A stretch of DNA of 64,000 bases from an uncultured Clostridia bacterium (GTDB lineage Bacteria; Bacillota; Clostridia; Christensenellales; UBA1242): NCBI GenBank assembly GCA_937992055.1, contig CALKLQ010000055.1, forward strand, positions 362-64,361, given 5' to 3'. The position numbers were made by a program, and so were the translations under genes. This document shows positions 37,201-42,246 of this stretch, in pieces. Position 1 is the first letter of the stretch, and each line of letters begins with the position of its first letter. The notes under the pieces were generated by a model, which saw only the letters and a list, made by a program, of their open reading frames with translations, was not told the DNA's origin and searched no databases.

Positions 37201-37492
37201 AATAATTTGTTTCAACGATACTAACCTTGTTTGAATCTGGTGAAAAGAAAACTGAAGATAAAACCTTTTTACTTCCAGAAACCGTTGCAACAACTGAAAC
37301 CGTATCATCTTGGGTTTCGCCAAGAAAAATTGTCACATTAGATTTATCAACAGTAAGTTTCATGTTTTTATAAGGGTCAGTGCAAGCAACCAATAAACTA
37401 GAAAAAGCAAAAAACATGGCAAATAAAATTACCATTAAAATTTTTGATTTTATCCCCTCAAAATTTTTTTTCATCATTCCTCCAAAATTCAA
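19256..37492 (-). CDS. giant surface lipoprotein with Ig-like modules, GLUG-type repeats and a poly-Gly block (about 6070 aa)
   Basis: Uninterrupted 18.2-kb ORF. The track start at 37492 is TTG. ATG ATG at 37477/37474 sits right after GGAGGA, so the exact start is uncertain within about 18 nt. Signal peptide plus lipobox ...FFAFSSLLVAC. At least four blocks of GLUG-like repeats (VGGIAGENFGEINLC, AGFVYTNNGKISSS, GGIVGFARGNSSL...). Gly-rich block GGNGGNGGAGGSGG...GAGGGGGAGGNGG. Two C-terminal Ig-like domains (EYLMGEELD...GTFTAWV..., NYLVGETIS...GTFTALV...). Confidence 0.85.
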   Translation of the reverse strand: MNFGGMMKKNFEGIKSKILMVILFAMFFAFSSLLVACTDPYKNMKLTVDKSNVTIFLGETQDDTVSVVATVSGSKKVLSSVFFSPDSNKVSIVETNYLGDGKTEVKIKGLVQCSLDVKVQTLENNISTKIHVDVVQPVTSLTQKLAVQPYVIKGEKNLIDVSKYVNFNPSNTKQKDVELNLLNSQDGIALLKENDNYYLEIDEDIPQSLKTISIVVTSTNREIAPLNLDFDVLTKFDFTSDDFKLSYQQTQDAIDLKSGESIYLAHNDEGFAQALVSLELTYADKEIIIEPRLTNDTLATIVKKTYTKTANTIKLDVLITSGTRVGDDCYLYFDLKYDGYNYLYSTQEFKTQIFSYDIVKSIVVDGQTISNKGVVEMDVYTNYVNAYGRYVELQTLPTTVLEKYKTLYLSGTSENLDKIELFDNHGNRLEKDENNHYIIEGDNGFYVRAKKSSNEKVELLITSSFSADFYSGTENVIECTLMLNLYEGANSLKFYAGDNVQIDEPHFYLDNSKQTTETIFFYVEPANVKKENFIVKGEGVSFGDVIQVSEVLDSENKVIGQIFKVDLKSNATKQNQMGSIEISYGNGRRIFAPVELVVPLSDDVTIITQTPQNNDSIGYLKYDNVLGSEFALAITNGNSSNISFDAKGASFEVSYKFMEKKSDDLEYETFDNQIPTGNFSELTNLLNLNNLQIFSQLSGVEEGKIWVEVVLKGSELVREDDEYSYTFVNDKFVTKYFFVEIYNPIVSFTSSVSTIDLFALDSVGYFNQNLSKTSVKILVNENKLPATYNKIVCSTSGLGNNGDYFSWNFDEQTGILSVVANTLTNEKGDYSNDGYFIFKANEFGLEKNVVVRVLSRNAERVNGIRLNNVDEEEGIYLELNKNSSFKIDASVENLSAFNKNLVFSIVPDLSTSSDFISVDANTGLIRAKNGGSGYVIVAPQDAYTTDEKGQPILNDNLDVAKKIRIIVADGKSRTTSIRINDLNEIKDTSLHYTLMQDVTISNGWKIENFSGGLYGCLEGQSPKTITTTKTIFNTLNSSAIVQDLIILGEVSGRGFVANINYGTIKNVVIDTYLQDNEFKPSTLTDNSSISGGIVAQNYGQIISSSFYGQINSNGIVGGIAGENFGEINLCQVEFYRFYDSVASLNGTIVGGLVGKNAINAVLSNSYCYNYHDLDCLIGVTISALAGENSGRIFNCFAKTNSANLTDEQWKNDGEISSQDIKDCYLFEVDDDNQYYKFINGSGKYFKDGKNIFQNDFASYYNGKLSFGSNSVWKASANKNEGYPYLSTILQNEAEKIDSLKIVNSNQVLVDEENKFAVLMFYEKESDITTTSSEDSVIRSWNTISFSKLFGKENINGLRVVVTDGDGKALAITNNSIILEKCGEVKVSIFSKYDFSLQTEYALKIIYNISNFEILYNGEVLNDNSAIKIKKNSTDNVLSSIDEQRIALGKVIKLKTNQNQKVVFEDSVKNFVISNGNQHVIDTTNFEEKSVRFDVNLVLENENSYVNGLLRQKFAHYFVVSTFLGADSIEINYHDFSHFLPKDEIIFESVLYTDDKNDNIDILISDKNGSTMLDYDTPYNAMFEGENGKISSVIKSYEVLEDGVWTEKNYDELENFDYFKITFKTRLIMLQDFYSLDFGSLELKINVSAKSVNEVCDDVKVVIDSLIIEKLTFSSHAYVNWEKESGYIFTNEPNNVISPGQSSLLKINVYPHQASFEYVEITSNSVDSNKIFLQLLKENNQGYLRENTGFVRIENGIRILKQNFGTDNIGTYFVLMTIPSTVKVDTLFTLKTRIVKSSGDIIKESTFNVVSRPVTEAKLTINDEEQIVMAKGTSATLQAIVQKDQEISSLTTFAEGYGELYGISLGEITSTIDNDRNVKIYTCKLYISEDAKFLNMQEPIFYVKAIVSKVIDGNLVEASSSVKVVVVDFLVDNITLDNNTDVLNAYVGIEKNLDFKFETTKWDDSNILDDSILEAIDSLNRLVSTFNDHNYLFREEIPNSDRQYILNYHENDNENVKYKNFLNNLYYVNSDGSSTKVLSQDGNVISNPHFNFIYSGDGLTSETIFGTTLKIKAFSTGEQAMKFVFAYLTPDGIKHEISFNFIIKISTYTDEDKPVQISTAEDFYAIANETQAQDYILMNDLELTLHTPFDTTKINSFDGNNRVITIRSFDMAQRESSSIQLALFSTVTSNTTLKNVTVNYYHLNNLVIDTSIFKTIELAGFALSNTGIITNCHVLAIETNSNLPRPSGDIGLNLNYNIGQIGSGINSTLAGFVLNNNGVITNSRVGGEEFEVARATSISALSQGVHELDNFTLSAQGNIAGFVYTNNGKISSSFANKIDIKNNSTAGLDTISAGFVGYNTSGDISLSYAKGAYSDYQELKATGTAISTNSIGAGFAFNNNSNISNCYSNIMLRDVSNTSGRNSAGFVYVNSGNIEQCYSSSLIENSKTTQMDFSGVDDYGNLLNTGNITNSYYYNPKSSDSSASDMEQTYSSGVLRVETLVSSDIFYGFSFASVNSQDGVWTMTSSRGPELISANEIAVSSRYIVSNDDGSDFTFVYEEGYEYGSSKNPILIKSADEFNEVFGNSNSSAIKEYYNLSNNTVFGNYRLIDDIDLSKISGEQENGKLSSSNMTLYGGTFEGNNLNIENLELVAPANLQQISFGLFSKIENNAIFKNTNITIIGISAGNIQNVGAVAGILSDSKIVNVKLSAVYGLSGNILGQNVVGGIVGFARGNSSLINLSVSDLHVTADFYNDNIERQPYVRFAESSQIDNGALSYVGGIAGIVDIYSTDFFADSVYSSDRIMSFSQIASLKTAGAFQIKGGTAGGVLGYLGLNSACRDLSVEISRTNNDFTQKIIAYKFAAGGIIGENFGDVTQSKIEHSREIQDLIENNVSSYYNKYSDNKGYLDLFVASSTESYSPLFVGGLIGQTFSGNISNSYSRANVYANAKFVGGLVGGIGDFVYLNNSPKNLGRNYFDQVYAFGDVYSTKNDGLAGGLFGFVEYIGESINEENSISTIIINGANAVNFFNREYSDNSLIDNGDFYTLKNVYDYYASTFYNGEFVNADNYDKEVALMSLTEDNFSDDRNRILNFVISNFKVDGKVYEPNRSIYLKTGEESKKIGSKLESFNSITNPSVDGNYIDVAFRNNNWDLEKWERNTNWLLPRIVFTVSSSVYYIRTSSDLYLMEKYPDKTFIIIGTGLSEKGEKVYVDCSDIEKLDIKNFRGVLKGYMPERTNPLYPQDGRPLFGLKNLNISDAMINNASNGAVFSDFIMLDCHVNNQDDAETASAILVNSAQGVVFKNLIIENCYIDTVNNNAALVVGEAENSLFDTIDINNNLGRDMVTQGCLKNSKTLNSALIVAKIGGSRTTNIKNIVINNRNKDYGINVNPTNIQFENSEVNSGLIVGSSESGIVKFEYELQDEQSDNKPIINGETKIFVANNSTNENPKQNINIGSIAGKLSMSTFNINGFTAIGKSNLVVLGSFENSNLGGLVGLIKNSISIKNNENSNNHFEISNCIEYSDSNSTGNCNLGGIVALSEGSVTASKIKVSAYKQGNISTKKDINLGGVVGCARKNLNLNNLIFMKSFDFNISSDNASQGNFGGLVGLFDYIENQVETKSIIKNCYSFSKFDVTKFKGKLSFGGAIAGSDNTDQNSIEISESYFANDLTYKTYTDQEYKLGGIIGYCKGYVGVSNIVSGKGVSINNNILYGNITQQVDSLLGVEIFAGGVVGLGSSNANLINNIVLTTIEQTKLPDVTKNHVRALVGNGAYGKESFGNYYCSQVTLSTDSNLNEFNQEIVLSTNLKYSSVLEKIYGIDNLINIELDDSCSDFGHKLRPVEIGNSWNSFTESKEDNTISSGGKIFFRLTKDISFSGESFNLNNYGNVESKNFALVGDGFTISIDNQNGRIFDEIPQNSFVSGISILVSSQIYMPDTYDGVDVGEGSKKYIVRDENEVIIAEYEKIYAPLSAVNNGIVFACAIKGQPQEQANGTDEKYDSRAKIYANSRFFGGLVGINTGLISDSLTEVELVNIAKTVTTEKDGIVIVNECITSGFVAVNHGYIANSYSSGVINSPNGSVYAFNKDAVKRVGEDELPLGNVRSCFSVAQVSNSGNYVEENNVINNGFVFGAGADKTCFYDVYATGVSDNTNAIRLITSQMNKGFEECSILLSKNYLMNLDLFKNSSNKINYASYISDNFVFNGLTNYGYPSFGNSYASDDYNYLKIEGFNNQNQILVGNIGIFRLASTSTMQSLNGLDNCKNIVLINNIKVTDAMGLVNDSDFKEYDNSNFEAIKEVTRINLDGNNQFISGIKIGSNSNSFKINDEYYGIFESITNSKVSNLIISEGNLIVNSETNSCYVGALAGKLNDVYLRNVKNLGFNVKVEGSKITYAAGIAGEILNSEVENVVSSASVISTSNNKDAENNIVCYAGGLFGLQKGCHVSNCENQGTIIAGSECISNAYSAGITARVEDMGKMSNFDNCTNFGFVTSKVQDFDTIVEEYSGSDLNNGIKTYSENKQIYVSDEDVLYYTGLDLSAGSEKCYTSLKNVSINSAYEGAATPIQTIDSLQRKLAITFAKTDNFGISNAIANNFNIENCYNNGSVESTDGQKIVKVEIYNQQIVPAKTGPIYIQIQPYKQWSISDATLMYNYVYNNENRSQVYAESKYFRYTKDITEKVPVNGILSNDERLNSWTSLVNANMTVDFGVREDFILEYKKNTSESGAAIYEEEANSSIGDGSSEIDLEKLKEYLSDDAITYLQVEHNLISNKINYSYKDFVVSDNENSIASSIGDGSKDNPLLIQNEEQLLVALKENKSILLDKNYYSLGGIDTFDNSENIYAGLLFGNDSLIGFETQNQISLLKEISVDGEIEGLKIHNLNYGSSDASPLCNTNEGKINNVTTFGAIGNYKTKVKGETIEGAISDSDKHFVTGLVQTNNGQISNSTNNMLLFGTKGRNGIELGQDGISANYLAGIAGKTTGNIINCFSFGSFVGADGGNGRDGGTGTHGKDANLENGIYAEDGTDGGNGGHGGNASVIGGVVGLITAEDKTLDISGGNFGIIISGRGGNGGNGGAGGSGGFADFKMSAFDYEIAPAGAGGGGGAGGNGGSVVVGKVAGISNIKVNDLSSNYLFERYQKPGMAGQGGRGGQGGNGVMNVGSAMSIAGKLAFGSGVLSNVISNCNVGYAGGGGGAGGNGYHGNTAEALSNSYLSLQTNNGFVATRGESGQRVNDGKVIDSNYNGAIRASGGKGGLGSTNGGDGGNSQNFKKNFHWFLGESVGTSLVDWIIKCSFDFNFKQYDCFGSAGSSSALNELNVQIDGANPIGFSTSALNIENEVCKVESLSELSLALSLFDVYNKDANDNYQNFTTIQIQNDFGSTESPLKLIDGMIVPKDCIIDGNGKIIHYSASGRNIFLFEEINGAVKNLNIYCEITSLDAKIEKGTDLFTNKLGEGGTIRGCSLKNGSTIQSNLYKQLYMAKYKAYNLLNNLILFEKEAPFDGLGTANKPFKVKSNNFKDFVDLVNVCDDRVNYVYSLTENITVEKNEDDFVLDYFYGTLDGSKMGLDSSIMFAVAPNEEGAQEAYAGFIKYNYGTLTDLKIDGSLSQTSYAMVNYGTIKNCVTKTTATIKNDAKVELAGGICIINRGDIINCTNQATVTSLSDAGGICVYNFGNILDDGIAKETYNRGNINAGNGQDGYIIFEGSEINEIIYSKQGGDAAGIAVYNAGNIKNACNTGTIRAGKGGNGFIEGDIIFNSENGGNSSGICVYNAMVYDIDDESLNFANLNYISEENALLYGCQNTGNVIAGNGGDSSHVSMIAGNGGDASGIVCFNYLTGKVYKNGQLTLEDMTKLGSIKVASNSGNITAGNSGKDKNTNLSGIGGNAGAISSSILNQIVYKEGETTYSYNQSGQIKAGEGKSSGNVIRFINPTNSDIMLYVNTLQVDLNKSEYLMGEELDAVVYFIDSEGNKRELTTAEYQIINFSSSSVGTFTAWVSHENNGVIYTQKFTYSVNSAILTGEYKRNYLVGETISTENMTFKYYDNGIKEVEVSLDMIEGFDSSVEGTFTALVRYKVGDKIYSAYLNYTVA

Positions 37493-37528
37493 ACACCTTT
37501 AATTTAGTGTAAAGAATAATTAAAAATA

Positions 37529-37550
37529 TATACTCTCTAAAGAGAGTATA
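37529..37550. promoter_or_regulatory. 22-bp perfect palindrome overlapping the -10 box (operator candidate)
   Basis: tatactctct-aa-agagagtata. The 10-nt arms are exact reverse complements. The right arm contains the -10 hexamer of the giant-operon promoter. Confidence 0.45.
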
Positions 37551-37573
37551 AATAAATTTAAAATTCAAGTCAA
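37545..37573 (-). promoter_or_regulatory. sigma-A type promoter for the giant-gene operon (TTGACT-17-TATACT)
   Basis: Minus strand: TTGACT (37573..37568), a 17-nt spacer, then TATACT (37550..37545), roughly 55-70 nt upstream of the candidate start codons. Confidence 0.5.
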
Positions 37574-37642
37574 ATTATTTGGATATAAATATAATAATAT
37601 TTCTACAATAATTATTGCAAAATAAATATTTGAAATTAATAT

Positions 37643-37671
37643 TTGACATTTTTTTATTTTCTTGTTATTTT
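37643..37671 (+). promoter_or_regulatory. candidate promoter for the ttcA-like gene (TTGACA-17-TATTTT)
   Basis: TTGACA at 37643..37648, a 17-nt spacer, and a weak -10 TATTTT at 37666..37671. Divergent from the giant-operon promoter. Confidence 0.35.
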
Positions 37672-37689
37672 CAAAAAAAAAGGAAAAAA

Positions 37690-38379
37690 ATGAGAAAATT
37701 AGAAAGCAAAACACAAAAAGCAATAAATGACTTTAATTTAATTGAAGATGGAGATAAAATTGCAATAGGATTATCTGGTGGAAAGGATAGTTTAATATTA
37801 TTAAAAATTTTATCAAATCTTAAAAAATATTATAAAAAAAAATTTGAAATAATAGCAGTAAGCGTAGATATTTCAAATGGAAAATTAGATTTTTCAAATA
37901 TAAAAGAATTTTGCGAAAAAATTCAAGTTCCTTTTTATATAGCAAATTCAGATATTCAAAACATTGTTTTTAACATTAGAAATGAAAAAAATCCATGTTC
38001 GCTTTGCGCCAATCTCCGCAGAGGAATATTAAACAGTAAAGCAAAAGAATTAGGATGTAACAAGGTTGCCCTCGCCCACCATTATGACGATTTAATTGAA
38101 ACCTTTTTTCTAAACATGTTGTTTGAAGGAAGACTTTCAACTTTTAAGCCAAAAACCTATCTTTCAAGGGTTGAAATCGAGGTTATTCGTCCCTTAATTT
38201 ATATTTCTGAAAAAGAAATCATACTTTTTTCTAAAGATTTACCAATCTTAAAAAACCCTTGTCCTGCAAACCACAAAACCCAAAGAGAAAAAATGAAATC
38301 TTTAATTTTTGAAATGGAAAAATTTCAGCCTGAAATTAAAAAAAGAATTTTTAATATAATAAAAAATAGTATATTTTAA
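37690..38379 (+). CDS. ttcA: PP-loop ATPase, tRNA 2-thiocytidine synthetase TtcA-like
   Basis: SGGKDS PP-loop, CSLCANLRRG motif and a C-terminal CPANH. Start moved to ATG 37690 (MRKLESK..., AAAGGA RBS). The track start 37615 is a TTG in a low-complexity leader. Confidence 0.8.
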   Translation: MRKLESKTQKAINDFNLIEDGDKIAIGLSGGKDSLILLKILSNLKKYYKKKFEIIAVSVDISNGKLDFSNIKEFCEKIQVPFYIANSDIQNIVFNIRNEKNPCSLCANLRRGILNSKAKELGCNKVALAHHYDDLIETFFLNMLFEGRLSTFKPKTYLSRVEIEVIRPLIYISEKEIILFSKDLPILKNPCPANHKTQREKMKSLIFEMEKFQPEIKKRIFNIIKNSIF

Positions 38380-38437
38380 TTTTGTTTTATTTATTTTAGC
38401 ATTTGTTTATTAAAAAAAATAAAAAATTAAATATTTT

Positions 38438-38704
38438 TTAATTATTTTTAGTCATTGTTTTATATTTTTCTGCCGTAAATTTTCCACCTCTAATGTGTTT
38501 TTGTGAAAAATTATATTTTAATATTTTTTTTACTTTTAAATACATGAAAAAATTAATCTTTTTTAGTCTTTTTGACAAATCGTTATGAACCGTGCTTTTA
38601 GAAATATCAAATATTTGAGCACATTTTCTAACCGTGTCATGCGTTTTTATTACATGCCTTGCAAGTGTAAGTGTACGTTTTTTGATATAGTCTTCCATAT
38701 CCAC
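38438..38704 (-). CDS. spoIIID: SpoIIID-family transcriptional regulator
   Basis: 88 aa. DYIKKRTLTLARHVIKTHDTVRKCAQIFDISKSTVHNDLSKRL...HIRGG matches the recalled B. subtilis SpoIIID pattern (DYIKER...VSKSTVHKDLTERL...HLRGG). Confidence 0.8.
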   Translation of the reverse strand: MDMEDYIKKRTLTLARHVIKTHDTVRKCAQIFDISKSTVHNDLSKRLKKINFFMYLKVKKILKYNFSQKHIRGGKFTAEKYKTMTKNN

Positions 38705-38880
38705 CTCTTGCTAAAATATATGTCGCAATGTGACAGAATATGTCTAATAAGATATCTTAAGCACACTTTGGATATTAAACACAAAATGTGATTAATTTGG
38801 TTATGAATTTTTATTTTTAGAACAACAACTCACTATTTATTTTTATTAATTTTTCAACTATTTTAAATCAGAAATCTGCC

Positions 38881-38923
38881 TAATAAAAAAATGCACCATA
38901 AAGAAACCTTTAAGATGCATTTT
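38881..38923 (-). terminator. candidate rho-independent terminator after aspS
   Basis: 8-bp stem aaaatgca (38888..38895) / tgcatttt (38916..38923) with a large 20-nt loop. On the minus strand it is followed by TTTTTTATTA. The large loop lowers confidence. Confidence 0.35.
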
Positions 38924-38993
38924 AAACTAACTTTTACGTTTTATAAACGTCTATCTTTCTAAGATATTATCACAGCTAAATAGAACTATAAAG

Positions 38994-40751
38994 TTATTCT
39001 TTTTTTAAACAGATTCCTAGTTCATCCAACTGTTTTTTATCCACCATATTTGGTGCTCCCATCATTAAATCTTGGGCATTTTTGTTTAGTGGAAAAGCAA
39101 TAACATCACGTATTACATTAGTGTCAAGTAAAAGCATAACCACCCTATCAAAGCCAAAAGCAAGTCCAGCATGAGGAGGTGCTCCATAAGAAAAGGCATT
39201 GTATAAAGCTGGGAACTTTCCCTCTACAACTTCTTTAGAATATCCCGCCATTTCAAAAACTTTTAGCATTATGTCTGGCTCATGATTTCTCACCGCCCCA
39301 CTAGCAAGTTCTATTCCATTGAGAACCAAATCATATTGATATGCAACAATTTCAAGAGGATCTTTTTTTAATACCGCCTCCATTCCGCCCTGAGGCATTG
39401 AGAAAGGATTATGTGAAAACTCAAGTTTATTCTCTTCATCATTCCACTCAAAAAATGGAAAATCAACTATCCAACAAAAATGGAACTTGTTTTTATCAAT
39501 AAGTTGCAATCTCTCACCAAGTTCATTCCTAAGGCTTCCAGTCAATTTTATTGCCCTTTGCCTTTTTACATCAGCAATTAAAAATATAACATCATCTTTT
39601 TTTGCACTAGTCAAACTAAGAAGCTCTTGCTTTTCTTGTTCAGATAAAAACTTAACAACCGAACCAGAAAGCTCCTCTCCAACCTTTATATAAGCAAGTC
39701 CCTTACCCTCATTCTTAATTATAAATTTAGTTAAATCATCAAAAAAGCTTCGTGGTTTTTCACAAGCTTTTGCACAAATTGCAAAAATGTATGAGTTTTT
39801 AAAGGCATTAAATTCAGTTTTTTCAAAAACCCTTGTCACATCATGACATAAAAGTGGATTTCTTAAATCTGGCTTATCTGTACAATACTTTTGCATTGAT
39901 TCCTTAAAGGTTATTCTTTCAAAAGGGGCTTTAGTTATCTCTTTGTCTGAGTTATTTTTCATAATGTTATAAAGAACATTTTCAACCACTTCAAAAACAT
40001 CTTCCTGGGTAGCAAAAGCCATTTCCATATCCATTTGATAAAACTCGCCCGGACTTCTATCCGCCCTTGCATCCTCGTCCCTAAAGCATGGTGCAATTTG
40101 AAAATATTTATCAAAACCACTTATCATTAAGAGCTGTTTAAATTGCTGAGGAGCCTGAGGAAGAGCAAAAAAGTTTCCAGGATTTAATCTACTGGGAACA
40201 AGAAAATCTCTTGCTCCCTCTGGAGAAGATGAGGTTAGTATAGGAGTTTGGACCTCTGTAAACCCCTTATCATGCATCATACATCTAACCTGATGCAAAA
40301 TTTTTGAGCGGACAACAATTCTTTCATGATTTTCCTGATTTCTTAGATCCAAAAATCTATACTTAAGCCTCAATTCCTCCCTTGTTGTCTGACTTTCATC
40401 GATTTCAAAAGGCAAAACATTTTTACAGGTAGATAAAACCTTTATTTTTTCAACATCAATTTCAATTTCACCGGTTTTCATCTTCAAGTTTTTACTCTGT
40501 CTTTCAATAACATTTCCTTCAACAGAAATCACACTTTCCCTAGTAATTCCCTCGATCATACTTTCATCTTTAAACAATGCTTGGGTAACACCGTAGTGAT
40601 CTCTAATCGTAACAAAGGCAATTGAGCCCAATTTTCTAATTGCCCCAACCCAACCAGACAAAATCACATGTTTTCCAACATCATTAATTGTAAGTTCACC
40701 ACAAGTGTGGGTCCTGTAACAATTTTTATGTGCCAATTCAAATTCTTCCAT
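38994..40751 (-). CDS. aspS: aspartate--tRNA ligase (bacterial type)
   Basis: 585 aa. YRTHTCGEL N-terminus, LRLKYRFLDLR, FFALPQAPQQFKQLLMISGFDKYFQIAPCFRDEDARADR (class II motif 2 region), and GLAFGFDRVVMLL (motif 3). Confidence 0.95.
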   Translation of the reverse strand: MEEFELAHKNCYRTHTCGELTINDVGKHVILSGWVGAIRKLGSIAFVTIRDHYGVTQALFKDESMIEGITRESVISVEGNVIERQSKNLKMKTGEIEIDVEKIKVLSTCKNVLPFEIDESQTTREELRLKYRFLDLRNQENHERIVVRSKILHQVRCMMHDKGFTEVQTPILTSSSPEGARDFLVPSRLNPGNFFALPQAPQQFKQLLMISGFDKYFQIAPCFRDEDARADRSPGEFYQMDMEMAFATQEDVFEVVENVLYNIMKNNSDKEITKAPFERITFKESMQKYCTDKPDLRNPLLCHDVTRVFEKTEFNAFKNSYIFAICAKACEKPRSFFDDLTKFIIKNEGKGLAYIKVGEELSGSVVKFLSEQEKQELLSLTSAKKDDVIFLIADVKRQRAIKLTGSLRNELGERLQLIDKNKFHFCWIVDFPFFEWNDEENKLEFSHNPFSMPQGGMEAVLKKDPLEIVAYQYDLVLNGIELASGAVRNHEPDIMLKVFEMAGYSKEVVEGKFPALYNAFSYGAPPHAGLAFGFDRVVMLLLDTNVIRDVIAFPLNKNAQDLMMGAPNMVDKKQLDELGICLKKE

Positions 40752-40892
40752 TTTTTCTCCTAATAAAATACATAATAAAATGATAGTATTAAAATGTTAA
40801 AAAGTCAAGTAATAATGAATTTTGCGACAACATGATTTTTCCTTGTGTTTTTTTAATAAGAAAGCTAAAATAAATTTAAAAAAGGAGGCTTA

Positions 40893-42134
40893 ATGAATAA
40901 TTTAGAAAATTTAAAAAACAAGGATATTGAAGTTTATAATGCAATAAAACAGGAACTTGCACGACAGCAAGATACTTTGGAACTAATTGCAAGCGAAAAT
41001 TTTGTTTCTGAAGCTGTTTTAGAAACTGCTGGAAGTATTTTCACAAACAAATATGCAGAAGGCTATAGTGGAAAAAGATATTATGGCGGATGTAAAAATA
41101 TTGACACGGTTGAAACGCTTGCAATTGAAAGATTAAAAAAGCTTTTTGGAGCGGAACATGCAAATGTTCAACCTCATAGTGGAGCAAACGCAAATATAGC
41201 AGTTTACTTTGCGCTTTTAAATGTTGGAGATACAATCATGGGCATGAATCTTTCTTGCGGAGGTCACCTAACCCATGGTAGTCCGGTCAACATTAGTGGA
41301 AAATATTTTAATATAATACCTTATGGAGTCGATGAAAACGGGTTTATTGATTATGAGGAAGTTAGAAAATTAGCACTAGAAAACAGACCAAAATTAATTG
41401 TTGCGGGAGCAAGCGCCTATCCAAGAGAGATAGACTTTAAAAAATTCAAAGAAATAGCAGATGAAATTGGAGCCTATCTCATGGTTGACATGGCTCACAT
41501 CGCGGGTCTAGTTGCCGCAGGATTGCACCAAAGCCCAATCCCTTATGCCGATGTTGTAACAAGTACCACTCATAAGACCCTTCGTGGACCAAGAGGCGGA
41601 ATAATATTATGTAAAGAAAAATATGCAAAACAAATTGACAAGGCGGTATTTCCAGGAACTCAAGGCGGACCTTTAGAACATATCATCGCGGCAAAAGCCG
41701 TGGCTTTTAAAGAGGCTTTGAGTGAGGACTTCAAATTATATCAAAAACAAATTGTTAAAAATGCCAAAGCCCTTTCTTTATCGCTTTTAAATAAAGGTTT
41801 TAAACTAGTTTCTGGCGGAACAGATAACCATCTTATTTTAATTGACCTTTCAGAATCAGAAATAACCGGAAAAGAATTTGAGCATATGTTGGAAGAGATT
41901 GGAATTACAACTAATAAAAATTCTATTCCAAATGAAAAGAGAAGTCCTTTTATCACCAGCGGAATCAGAATAGGGACCCCAAATATCACCACTCGCGGAA
42001 TGAAAGAAACTGACATGGAAGAAATAGCGGATATAATGTTTGAAGTATTTAATGGAAATAAAGATATAGAAACTTTAAAACAACGGGTGTCCATACTTTG
42101 CAGAAAATATCCCATTTATAAAGATTTATTTTAA
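40893..42134 (+). CDS. glyA: serine hydroxymethyltransferase
   Basis: 413 aa. [28 protein letters not shown], and the PLP-lysine region [24 protein letters not shown]. Confidence 0.95.
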   Translation: MNNLENLKNKDIEVYNAIKQELARQQDTLELIASENFVSEAVLETAGSIFTNKYAEGYSGKRYYGGCKNIDTVETLAIERLKKLFGAEHANVQPHSGANANIAVYFALLNVGDTIMGMNLSCGGHLTHGSPVNISGKYFNIIPYGVDENGFIDYEEVRKLALENRPKLIVAGASAYPREIDFKKFKEIADEIGAYLMVDMAHIAGLVAAGLHQSPIPYADVVTSTTHKTLRGPRGGIILCKEKYAKQIDKAVFPGTQGGPLEHIIAAKAVAFKEALSEDFKLYQKQIVKNAKALSLSLLNKGFKLVSGGTDNHLILIDLSESEITGKEFEHMLEEIGITTNKNSIPNEKRSPFITSGIRIGTPNITTRGMKETDMEEIADIMFEVFNGNKDIETLKQRVSILCRKYPIYKDLF

Positions 42135-42246
42135 AAATTAATTAAATTATAAAATCATAATTTATTTAATTAAATCTAACATAAAATATAAAAATGCAAA
42201 AATAATTAAATTTTTGCATTTTTTTAAATTAATAATATAAAATATT

